Origin: Candidatus Latescibacterota bacterium
GTDB lineage: Bacteria; Latescibacterota; UBA2968; UBA8231
Assembly: GCA_965248265.1 (NCBI GenBank)
Contig: CBDFJF010000002.1
Coordinates: forward strand, 2,240,001 to 2,304,000
Direction of reading: 5' to 3'
DNA: 64,000 nt
The notes under the pieces are model-generated. The model made no database searches and was not told where the DNA came from. It was given only the letters and a program-made list of their open reading frames with translations. Positions 28,525 to 37,025 of this stretch are shown here, piece by piece. How positions within the stretch are numbered: the stretch's first letter is position 1; every line of letters starts with the position of its first letter. Made by a program: the position numbers and the translations under genes.

Positions 28525-29490
28525 TCATTTCATATCCGCTAGAGCACAGATGGTCATGGCGCAGTCGGAGCTATAGGACAGACGCATTGGCGATGGCGCG
28601 TTGCGATGGTCACCCGGTCGGGGGCTCCATAGACCATCCCCTTCCTGATATCCGAGCAGGACGTCTCCGAGGGCACGGGCGCGCTCGACAAGTCGAGGAT
28701 CACCGGTATCGGCGTGCAGGTTCAGCATGGACCAGCCGAATTTCGTGGCGCGGCCGAAGTGGGCCGGATCGAGACGGTGGCTGTAGACGATGTCGACGTA
28801 ACGAGCTGCGCTCTCAAAGTAGCGCGGTTCACCGGTCGCCCGACCCACCCAGACCAGGGTGTTGATCACGGTGGCGAAGGTGGCGGGTCGCTGCTCATCC
28901 AGCGTCGAGTCGAATCGCTTGTCCCACTCAGCAGAGGCTGGGTGGGCCACGACAGTCCCGTCGCGCCGGTAGCGGTTGTAGAACCGTCCGGGCTCCGGCT
29001 GTGCCCCGAGGATGGCAGTGAACCCGTCGGCCATGCGACGAGCGGGCTCCGTCCTGCCGGCGGCGATCAGGCCCATGCCGGCGCCGCCCGAGAAGCAAAC
29101 CTCTGCGACTTCCTCTCCGGCGTCTTCGTCCGGCAACACCATCCCCCCGCAGCAAGGGTCCTGACGTTGTTCGAGGGCGTTGACCATGCTCGCGGCTAGG
29201 TCGTACTGCTCAGTGGCGACAGCACCCAATGCCAGCCAACCCATGGCATACACCCGGTTTTCCAGCGGCAAGTCAAAGCCGAATTCGCCGTCGTCGTCGA
29301 TGAGATGCCCATTCACGTACCTCGCAACGCGGGCGCCAAGGCTCCGGGCCCCGCAGGCAGCGGCCAGGTAGGGCACCTTGTAGTAGGCGCCGCCATTATC
29401 GGGAGCTTCGACGAACCTGCCGTCCGCGTCGAAACGTTCATCTAGCCAGCAACGGACGCGGTTGCGGGCCTCAACGAAGCGGTCACTCAT
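28525..29490 (-). CDS. Hypothetical protein, possible (alpha/alpha)-barrel
   Basis: 321-aa ORF with repeated TGEPRY/TGDPRL and Q..DG helix-loop motifs; RBS GGAG. Confidence 0.7.
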   Translation of the reverse strand: MSDRFVEARNRVRCWLDERFDADGRFVEAPDNGGAYYKVPYLAAACGARSLGARVARYVNGHLIDDDGEFGFDLPLENRVYAMGWLALGAVATEQYDLAASMVNALEQRQDPCCGGMVLPDEDAGEEVAEVCFSGGAGMGLIAAGRTEPARRMADGFTAILGAQPEPGRFYNRYRRDGTVVAHPASAEWDKRFDSTLDEQRPATFATVINTLVWVGRATGEPRYFESAARYVDIVYSHRLDPAHFGRATKFGWSMLNLHADTGDPRLVERARALGDVLLGYQEGDGLWSPRPGDHRNAPSPMRLSYSSDCAMTICALADMK

Positions 29491-29604
29491 GTGTCAAGCT
29501 CCGGTCACTCCAGGGCCTTGGCGATTTTCTTTGAGTAGTCGTTCCACACATCCCAATCGCTTCTCCTAGTTTCTTCCCTTTGATGCTACCGCCGCAGGGG
29601 AACG

Positions 29605-29760
29605 TCATCTTGACTGAAAGCTGGCAGCCGCTGGACAAGGAGGGTACCGCCTGGGGTCAGATGCTCAGCCGGCACGGCGTTCATACCAGATGATCCGGGA
29701 CACGCCCATGCAGGCCATGGACTGCATGGAGATCAACAGCAAGCGCGATCCGCTCTACCG
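29605..29760 (+). pseudogene. Heavily deleted sulfatase-like shard
   Basis: WQPLDKEGTAWGQMLSRHGVHT..DTP and AMDCMEINSKRDP pieces. Confidence 0.4.
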
Positions 29761-29926
29761 TAAGTGGTTATAAACAGCATTGTCGTTCGTCTGTCAACAG
29801 GATTTCGAGCGAGAACGACACTCCCGTGGACGCAGCTTGAACCACGGCCCTCCCGTGGCTATTGTGTCGGCCTGACCCGGCGCGCCAGGCCGTGCCTCGC
29901 CGCCATCCCCTTCTCCCCTCGCGAGC

Positions 29927-30139
29927 GTGGGCCAATTCCGATCCCCCGGCACCGGCTGTACCTACCGCGGACTCATCGTCGGCACCCTCGGGTGCATCGT
30001 CGTCGTGGCGGGGTTCAACTACTCCACCTACGTTCTCCACGTCGGGGCTTGGTCCACCTGGCACTACGCGATCGGCGCCAACCTCATGCTGTTCCTGATG
30101 GTGCTGGTCTTGAACCCCCTGGGGGACGAGGAACGATAA
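29927..30139 (+). pseudogene. N-terminal shard of a DUF6785-type membrane protein, cut at element A
   Basis: GCTYRGLIVG...YSTYVLH...LFLMVLVLNPL parallels the N-terminus of 55583-57574. Confidence 0.6.
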
Positions 30140-30204
30140 GGGCCCGTTATAGGGAGTCAAGATCGCTTGCGGCTTGGTGTCGACTGAAAGCTTGAGGCTT
30201 TTTG
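30131..30204. repeat. Element A, copy 3 (more diverged)
   Basis: GAACGATAAGGGCCCGTTATAGGGAGTCAAGATC...GGTGTCGACTGAAA...CTTTTTG. Confidence 0.85.
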
Positions 30205-30257
30205 AGGGGTGCGATGTGCGTTTCGCTGAGCTCGTCGGGCATGATGGTCTTGGATTC

Positions 30258-31119
30258 GATGCATGCGTTCGTGGGCGCCATTTTCCTGCGGCGATGCCGG
30301 GCGGATCCGCTGGTGCACGATGCCGAGCCTCATCCACCAAACGTTGAGTCGGCATAGCCCATGCAATCCTCTGGAAGCAAAGGGAACGCCGTTGTCGGTG
30401 CGAATGGCCTGAGGCAGGCCGAATTCGCGGAAGGCTCTCTCGAAGACCGGACGCGCATGCAAGGTCTTGATGTCGGGCAGGGCGCGGCAGGTCAGGAGAT
30501 AGCGAGTGTGCTGATCGCTGATGGTGAGAGGGAAACACCAAACTCCGTTCTTGGTAGGAAATTGGCCTTTGAAGTCGGCCGTCCACAGATCGTTGGGGTT
30601 GTCGGTGGTCGGCGGCACGGCTCCGGGGTGCTGACGTGGGCGTCGTCGTCGTCGCTTCTTCACCAGGCCTTCGCGCACCAGCAGATCGCCTGCCGTACTG
30701 ACCGCCGGCCAGGAGCAGATGTGCGGATGTCGAGGCGCCAGCCAGTCCAACAGTTTGTTCGGTCCCCAATCGGGGTGCCGTGTGCGCGCTCCGAGAATGA
30801 GCTCGGCAATCTCTGGCGCCATGCGATGCGGACAGGTGTGGGGCGCGTGACTGCGGTCCTGTAACCCGGGCACCCCCTCTTCGGCGTGCCGCTGAAGCCA
30901 CTTGTATCCGGTTTTGCGGCTGATCCCGTATCGCTCGCACAGCTCCGCTCTCGAGTAGTGCCCGCGCTGATCGTCGGCGATAAATCGCTTACGTTGTTCC
31001 ATGGGTGCTGTCTCCATCCAGGGCATCGACCAACCTCCCAATTGGGGTTGGTCAAAAAGTAGAAGGAGTGTCACCCATCAACCCGGTCAGATGTGTTACC
31101 AATCTACCCGGTTTGTACC
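30258..31119 (-). mobile_element. Truncated IS481-family element (transposase from ATG 31026, C-terminus missing)
   Basis: MPWME...YGISRKTGYKW HTH; WTADFKG, IRTDNG, NGAHERMHR (DDE); left end GTACAAACCGGG..ATTGGTAACA...GGGTGACA. Confidence 0.9.
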
Positions 31120-31160
31120 GAGACGGGGACCTAACGGGCCGTTTTCACGCAACGTATGGA
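31120..31160. repeat. Element B, copy 2
   Basis: GAGACGGGGACCTAACGGGCCGTTTTCACGCAACGTATGGA. Confidence 0.85.
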
Positions 31161-31170
31161 GACTGCATGA

Positions 31171-32052
31171 ATGGCAGACAGCATTTTTCTGAAATGGCCG
31201 GCGTGCGGCGCCTTCGAGATCGTGCTCGGAGACGTCAACATCGCCATCGATCCCTACCTGTTCGGCGAGGCCCTGGAGAACGCCCAGCCGGTCTTCGACT
31301 ACATCTTCATCAGCCATGAGCATTTCGACCACTGCCATCCCAAGACGCTCAAGAAGCTCTGCCGCGGGGATCGCTTCAAGAAGCTGTATGTCAATATCGG
31401 CTGTCTGACGCCGGCTGAGCCCGTCGACGAGACCTACGGTGACGCCGGGTTCGGACGCGATCTGCCGATAGACAAGCACATCCCCGCGGAGAAAGTGCAG
31501 GCGATCTATCCCAAGTACGGGGACGACGACGATCGCACCTGGCCCGAACCGTGTGAGCTCGACCTCGGGCCGATCCTGGTCGAAGCGGTGGAAAGCGGAG
31601 AGCAGGCGCGACCGGACCTCGTCACCTGCGGCTTTCTCATCACGCACAAGGAGAAGAACGTCTCATTCTACCACACCGGTGACTTGCACAAGTCGTTTCC
31701 GGCGATGGAAAATCTGCGCGGACGCGTCGACTACCTCATTCACATGAAGACCTACGTCGGTGCATGGGATGAGTTCGGTCGGTGGCTGGAGACGATCCAG
31801 CCGCGCTTTTTCATACCGATCCACTACCGCACCGACAGGGAGAGCGAACCGGTGCCGGCCGGACACTGGCCACCCAACCTCACCGACGTCAATGCCTACC
31901 TCGAAGACCTCAGACAACACCTGCCAGCAGGCGTCGAGATGCTGCCGTTCACTTCGGGCGTCGAGTATGAAGTCAAGATGCCGCAGAAGAGGGTCGTCTG
32001 GAACTGGGAGTGGTACAACTCCTGGACCGTGCCGCTGTGGCGCGAGGAGTGA
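31171..32052 (+). CDS. MBL-fold metallo-hydrolase
   Basis: IDPY, ISHEHFDH, YHTGD, IPIHY. Confidence 0.88.
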   Translation: MADSIFLKWPACGAFEIVLGDVNIAIDPYLFGEALENAQPVFDYIFISHEHFDHCHPKTLKKLCRGDRFKKLYVNIGCLTPAEPVDETYGDAGFGRDLPIDKHIPAEKVQAIYPKYGDDDDRTWPEPCELDLGPILVEAVESGEQARPDLVTCGFLITHKEKNVSFYHTGDLHKSFPAMENLRGRVDYLIHMKTYVGAWDEFGRWLETIQPRFFIPIHYRTDRESEPVPAGHWPPNLTDVNAYLEDLRQHLPAGVEMLPFTSGVEYEVKMPQKRVVWNWEWYNSWTVPLWREE

Positions 32053-32073
32053 GCACGATCGGGACCACGCGGA

Positions 32074-32117
32074 GGTTCGAGAAGCTGGGGTGGCACTGGT
32101 GGCCGGCGGAGAGCGCG
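32074..32117 (+). repeat. 44-bp exact copy of GMC oxidoreductase internal sequence 47715-47758
   Basis: GGTTCGAGAAGCTGGGGTGGCACTGGTGGCCGGCGGAGAGCGCG in both. Confidence 0.9.
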
Positions 32118-32118
32118 G

Positions 32119-32560
32119 TCATCGTCGTGCTCCTCGGGTTCTGAGCCGCGCCCATCGCCGGCTCCCGCAGGCTGCGCTGCCACCGGGCCGCGTCCGGGGG
32201 AACCCAGGCTCCGGGCTCTGAAGGCGGGATCGGCGCCGGCGTCTGGGCCGGATCGTACATCTGCGCGTATTCGCCGGGAGCATCCCACGGTTCGTGCGGT
32301 CCGGCGAATCCCACGAACACCGCGAAGGGCGGTGAATCGTCGTAGTCGCGGATGAACTGCACGGCCTCGCGGCCCACATAGCTGTCCTCGTAATCCTCGA
32401 CCGCATAGGGCTCGGCCACACCGATATGTTCGGGAGGTTGTCGATGCGTTTCTGGAAGTCGTCGCGGTACGCCTCCATCAACCCCTTGGCCTGCCAGGAC
32501 TCCGCCATCGGCGACCGGGCTGTCTCCGCGTCGCACAGTTGACCATACTTCCAGCCAGCG
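32119..32560 (-). pseudogene. Sulfatase internal fragment, frameshifted
   Basis: EDSYVGREAVQFIRDY..PFAVFVGFAGPHEPWDAPGEYAQMYDP. Confidence 0.75.
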
Positions 32561-32605
32561 TAAACATCGAGCCCTGCCCTCCACACGCGGGAGATCCCCG
32601 GATCC

Positions 32606-33982
32606 ATGCCTCAAGACGCAGACGCCTCCCAGAAACTGCTCTTCATCGACGACGCCGATATCGCTTCGACCGAGGGTGTCAAACGCCGTATCCATCCCGC
32701 CCGCAAGCACGAAGGCAACCCCGTGGTCACCTCCGACAATGACTGGGAAGCCGCGACGATCCTGATCGGCACCGTGCTGCGGGACGTCGACCAGTACCGG
32801 ATGTGGTACCAATCGCCGGCCACTACGCCCGGAGCGAACGGTTTCGACTCCTTCGTGCGCTACCTCCTCCTCTATGCCGAGAGCGAAGACGGACTGACGT
32901 GGACCAAGCCGGCCCTCGGCTCTCACCACGACCCCGCCCACACGCGCGACAACAACATCGCCTTCGTCCGGCCAGGTCTCTCGGTGGACGTGAACGCGAG
33001 CGTCCTGCACGCGCCGCACCTGGCTGAGGGCCATGCCTACACGTTGATGACATACGGAGCCGGCTACCACGCGCCGTATGATGGCTACATCCAGGCGTTC
33101 TCGGACGACGGCATCACCTGGACCGACGGCTCGGGGACCCCGGTCATCCCCGGGTTCGGCGACGGGGGATGGTTCTCATACGATGAAACGGACGGCATCG
33201 TGCGCGGATCGGTCTCCTGGGACAAGGCTCCGGGGCTGGTCCTGACGCGGAGTGCGGATGCTGGGGAGTGGGCCCTTCCGTGGCCGGCGGTCGTGCCCGA
33301 CGACGAGGACCGCGCCTGGGAAGAGGACGACCCGGTGAACCGGACCGCCTTCCCGGGCCTGCCCATCTTCCGCTACGGCCCCGTGCTGCTGGGTTTTCTT
33401 CAGGTGCGCCGCGGCCGCGAGACTCCTCAGGGATTCGACGGCGTCACGGATGTCCAGCTCGTGTGCAGCAGGGACGGCATCGACTGGCAGCGTGTCGGCA
33501 ACCGTCACCCGGTGCTGACGCTCGGCGAGGAGGGAGCGTGGGACAGCGGCATGGTGTGGACGGGGAATTCGTTCGTGACCGATGGCGACCGGTCCGTCGT
33601 CCTCTACTCCGGCTGCGAGAAGCGGGTCGGCGCGATGTCGAGGATCACCTGGCCCAAGAGCATCGGCATGGCGTCGTGGCCCAGAGATCGGTTCGCTGGC
33701 CTCGCCGGCGACGGGATCATCGTGACGCGGCCCGCGAGAACCGGCGCAGAGCTGCATGTCAACGCCGACGCGTCTCGAGGTAGCGTGACGGCGGAATTGC
33801 TGAGCTCGAGCGACGAGACCATCGGCGGTTTCGACGCCGACAGCTGCGTCTCCCTGGCTGATCAGGATTCTCTCGACCACCGGTTCCAGTGGCGCGACGG
33901 CGCCCCCGTCGCCCAGGTCGGAGACGTGGCAATCAGGCTGCGGCTGCGTGACGCCGAAGTCTTCTCTCTGTGGTGGCAGTAG
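32606..33982 (+). CDS. Beta-propeller glycoside hydrolase-like protein
   Basis: LLFIDD, KHEGNPV, AESEDGLTWTKP, QLVCSRDG, WDSG, LHVNAD, DAEVFSLWW. Confidence 0.78.
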   Translation: MPQDADASQKLLFIDDADIASTEGVKRRIHPARKHEGNPVVTSDNDWEAATILIGTVLRDVDQYRMWYQSPATTPGANGFDSFVRYLLLYAESEDGLTWTKPALGSHHDPAHTRDNNIAFVRPGLSVDVNASVLHAPHLAEGHAYTLMTYGAGYHAPYDGYIQAFSDDGITWTDGSGTPVIPGFGDGGWFSYDETDGIVRGSVSWDKAPGLVLTRSADAGEWALPWPAVVPDDEDRAWEEDDPVNRTAFPGLPIFRYGPVLLGFLQVRRGRETPQGFDGVTDVQLVCSRDGIDWQRVGNRHPVLTLGEEGAWDSGMVWTGNSFVTDGDRSVVLYSGCEKRVGAMSRITWPKSIGMASWPRDRFAGLAGDGIIVTRPARTGAELHVNADASRGSVTAELLSSSDETIGGFDADSCVSLADQDSLDHRFQWRDGAPVAQVGDVAIRLRLRDAEVFSLWWQ

Positions 33983-34019
33983 CGCCACCCGCGTTGCGTC
34001 GGCTGAAGGAGGTATTTGA

Positions 34020-35360
34020 GTGACGAACGGAATTGCCAATCCGAACAAGGTGCTGTTCATCGACGGTGCCCAGATCGGCTCGATGCGAGGCGTCGAGCGC
34101 CAGGTCCACGCCGGCGAGAAGTTCGAGGCCAATCCCGTGCTGGGCGGGGACAGCGAGCTGGAACGGCAGACCATCCTGGGAACGGTGCTGAAGGAGAACG
34201 GCCTGTACCGGATGTGGTACCAGTGCGACCGCTTCAAATGGCACAACTATGCCGAGAGCGACGATGGCGTCGAGTGGAGGAAGCCCGTCTTCCGCCGGTA
34301 TCGCGACGCCAACGGCTCACTCGACAACAACCTTTACCTCGACCCCGAGATCCGCAACCACGACTACTCGAGCGTCATGCCGACGCCCCACCAGGGCGGA
34401 GGGCGAGAGTACACGATGATCGCCTACCGCGCCGGCAACCACCATATCTGTCACTCGGAGGACGGCCTCAACTGGACGCCGTGGTCGTCGGAGCCCGTGA
34501 TCCCCGGCTTCGGCGATCTCGGTTGGTACATCTACGACGTCGCCGATGCGCTCTTCCGCGTGATGATCAAGCGCCACCTGCTGGTGCGAGGACGGCGATG
34601 CCGCGTCCAGCACTGGGCGGTCAGCGAAGACGGCTACGACTGGAGCATGCCGCAGCCGGCCATCGTGCCCGATCTGAAAGATGAGGAGTGGACCGGCGGC
34701 GATCCGGACATGAACACGCAGATCTACGGCATACCGATCGCCCGGTACGGCCCCCTACTCGTCGGCTTCATGGACGTTTTCCGCTGCACCGACCCCCGAG
34801 GCATCAACATGGCCGGCGTCATCGACACCCAGCTGGTCAGCAGCAGGGACGGACGGCACTGGGAGCGCGTCGGCGACCGCCGGCCGGTGCTCGAGATGGG
34901 CCCGAAAGGCGCCTGGGACGGCGGCTTCGTCCGCTCTGCCACCGCACTCGTGGAGAGCGGCGACGAGCTGCGCCTCTACTACACAGGCATGGACCACCCG
35001 CACGAGGGGCAGAAGAAGCGGGACTGGAAAAGGGCGATCGGGTTCGTCAGCTGGCGGATGGACGGATTCGTGGGATTGCGCGCCGACGGCGAGGGCGAAG
35101 TCGTCACCGTGGTGCTGGATAACTGCGGCGATCTCCACCTGAATGCCGATGCCTCGGGCGGCAGGGTCAGCGCGGAGATCCTCGGCGAGGATGGGACCGT
35201 GGTGACGGGCTTCGAGGCGGAGAGCTGCACGCCGTTGGAGGGCCGGGACGCGATCGACCACCCGCTTCGGTGGAAGGGCGCTGGCTCGCGAGTGCCCGAG
35301 GGAGTGAGTGTGCGGCTGAAACTGCGCGACGCCGAGGTGTTCTCTCTCTGGTGGGAGTGA
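34020..35360 (+). CDS. Beta-propeller glycoside hydrolase-like protein (tandem paralog of 32606)
   Basis: LFIDG, AESDDGVEW.KP, QLVSSRDG, WDGG, RMDGF, LHLNAD, DAEVFSLWW. Confidence 0.78.
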   Translation: MTNGIANPNKVLFIDGAQIGSMRGVERQVHAGEKFEANPVLGGDSELERQTILGTVLKENGLYRMWYQCDRFKWHNYAESDDGVEWRKPVFRRYRDANGSLDNNLYLDPEIRNHDYSSVMPTPHQGGGREYTMIAYRAGNHHICHSEDGLNWTPWSSEPVIPGFGDLGWYIYDVADALFRVMIKRHLLVRGRRCRVQHWAVSEDGYDWSMPQPAIVPDLKDEEWTGGDPDMNTQIYGIPIARYGPLLVGFMDVFRCTDPRGINMAGVIDTQLVSSRDGRHWERVGDRRPVLEMGPKGAWDGGFVRSATALVESGDELRLYYTGMDHPHEGQKKRDWKRAIGFVSWRMDGFVGLRADGEGEVVTVVLDNCGDLHLNADASGGRVSAEILGEDGTVVTGFEAESCTPLEGRDAIDHPLRWKGAGSRVPEGVSVRLKLRDAEVFSLWWE

Positions 35361-35366
35361 TCACTG

Positions 35367-36926
35367 GTGCTGACCAAACTACGGGACGTCAACACTACCG
35401 ATATCAGCGATGCCATCCGGCTCGGTTGCCGATGCATGTGCAACTGCTTCAATGCCGACGACGGCGATATCCCTTACTTCGGCGCAGATGTCCGGCCCGA
35501 GGCCCGGTTGCGTAGCAGTTCCGAGGCGCACACCCCGGGGCGACACCTGAACGCCCTGCTCAACGCCGAGGATGCCCTGGGCATCGAGATCGAAGAAGAT
35601 GCTGTCGACAAGCACGCCAGGGCGGCTTTCTTCTCCTATTCGCGATTGCCTCTTCCCCTGCACCGGGTCGGCGAGCACACGGGTGGAAAGGGCACGCCGA
35701 CTCAGTTGCAGGACCACAATCTGCGCGAGGGTTTCCACGCGCTGTACGCCCTCGCCAAGTACCGCGACTCGGAGATGGCGAGAGAACTCGCCGAGGCCAG
35801 CATCCAGGTCATCTTTGACTACTGGGCCCCGAACGAAGAGTGGGACTTCGAGCGTGTCGAGCGCGATTTGCCCGTCCATATTGCGCGTGGGGGTCAGAAT
35901 ACCTTCATCCAGCGGCTGGCCCGCGCCATGGGGCCGCTCGTCAAGCTCTATCGCGCCACCGGCCACGAGCCGGCCCTCGAACTTGCCGCCGTGCTCAAGG
36001 ACAAAGCGCTACGCGAATACTTCCAGGAAGACGGCGGGTTTTCGACCGAGGTTTTCGGCCGTCACGCCCACTCGACGACATGCGTCCTGTCGTCGCTGGC
36101 GCAGCTGGCCGCGCTGACGGAGGACGAGAGCCTGATGGACCGGGTGAAAGCCTTCTACGACAACGGCCTTGAGGAGATGCGCGACCAGATCGGCTGGTCT
36201 ATAGAGGTGACGGACAGCGAGCCCAGCGGTCGGGGCGAGGCCAACAATACCGGGGATATCGTCGAGACGGCCCTGATTCTGGGCCGCTGGGGCTATTCCG
36301 ACTACTACGCCGATGCCGAGCGGATCCTGCGCAGCCATCTCTTACCGTCCCAGCTGCGCGACGTCTCCTTTGTCGTCGAACCCGACAATCCCGACAAGGT
36401 GGATGGCCGCAGGAACGTAGCTGAACGGCTGCGCGGCGCTTTTGGGTTCCCGGCTCAGTATGGCCACGAGCCATTGGGCATCTGGAAATCCAACAAGCCG
36501 CGGATCGGCTTCAACCTGGATATCGTCGGCGGTGCGGTGGCATCCCTGTGCGAAGCTTACCGGGAGATTGTGCGTTTCGACGGGGAGGGGCACTGGGTCA
36601 ATATGCTTTTCGACTGCCAGACAGAGGATATCGAGATTCAGTCACCCTATACACATCCCCGGCTCGGTGTCCGGGTCAAGCGGCCGGGTCCTCTGCACGT
36701 TCGCCTCCCGCCCTGGGTCGATTCCGACGCTGCCCTCCAAAACGGTTACCTGGTCATCGGGGAGCCTGAGGTCGGCGAGTGGATCTCATTCGACTTCGAG
36801 TTGCCTGTTCACGAGATGACCCTCACCTGGCGCGACACCCAGACTCGGGCTCGTTTACGGGGCGACGAGGTTGTGGCGATGGACAATTTCGGTACGGACC
36901 TGACTTTCTTTGAGCCCTTCGATTGA
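35367..36926 (+). CDS. Hypothetical (alpha/alpha)6 protein, GH127-like
   Basis: GRHAHS, RGEANNTGD, YYADAERILRSHLLPSQ, VRLPPWV. Confidence 0.6.
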   Translation: MLTKLRDVNTTDISDAIRLGCRCMCNCFNADDGDIPYFGADVRPEARLRSSSEAHTPGRHLNALLNAEDALGIEIEEDAVDKHARAAFFSYSRLPLPLHRVGEHTGGKGTPTQLQDHNLREGFHALYALAKYRDSEMARELAEASIQVIFDYWAPNEEWDFERVERDLPVHIARGGQNTFIQRLARAMGPLVKLYRATGHEPALELAAVLKDKALREYFQEDGGFSTEVFGRHAHSTTCVLSSLAQLAALTEDESLMDRVKAFYDNGLEEMRDQIGWSIEVTDSEPSGRGEANNTGDIVETALILGRWGYSDYYADAERILRSHLLPSQLRDVSFVVEPDNPDKVDGRRNVAERLRGAFGFPAQYGHEPLGIWKSNKPRIGFNLDIVGGAVASLCEAYREIVRFDGEGHWVNMLFDCQTEDIEIQSPYTHPRLGVRVKRPGPLHVRLPPWVDSDAALQNGYLVIGEPEVGEWISFDFELPVHEMTLTWRDTQTRARLRGDEVVAMDNFGTDLTFFEPFD

Positions 36927-37025
36927 TTGTTGGAGCGCCGATAGGTTTCCACCAGCCGCTCGGCCCGGCGCCACATGCGAACTGTCAAATTAGGTGGGTG
37001 GGTATTCATCTATACTTGAGGAGTC

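Noticed and set aside
23813-31160. A/B element as integron attC sites or an IS91 oriIS end
   Set aside because: The GTT and AAC boxes lie in the wrong order for an attC, and no IntI is present; the GAAC orientation does not fit the IS91 ori target rule, and no HUH transposase is seen
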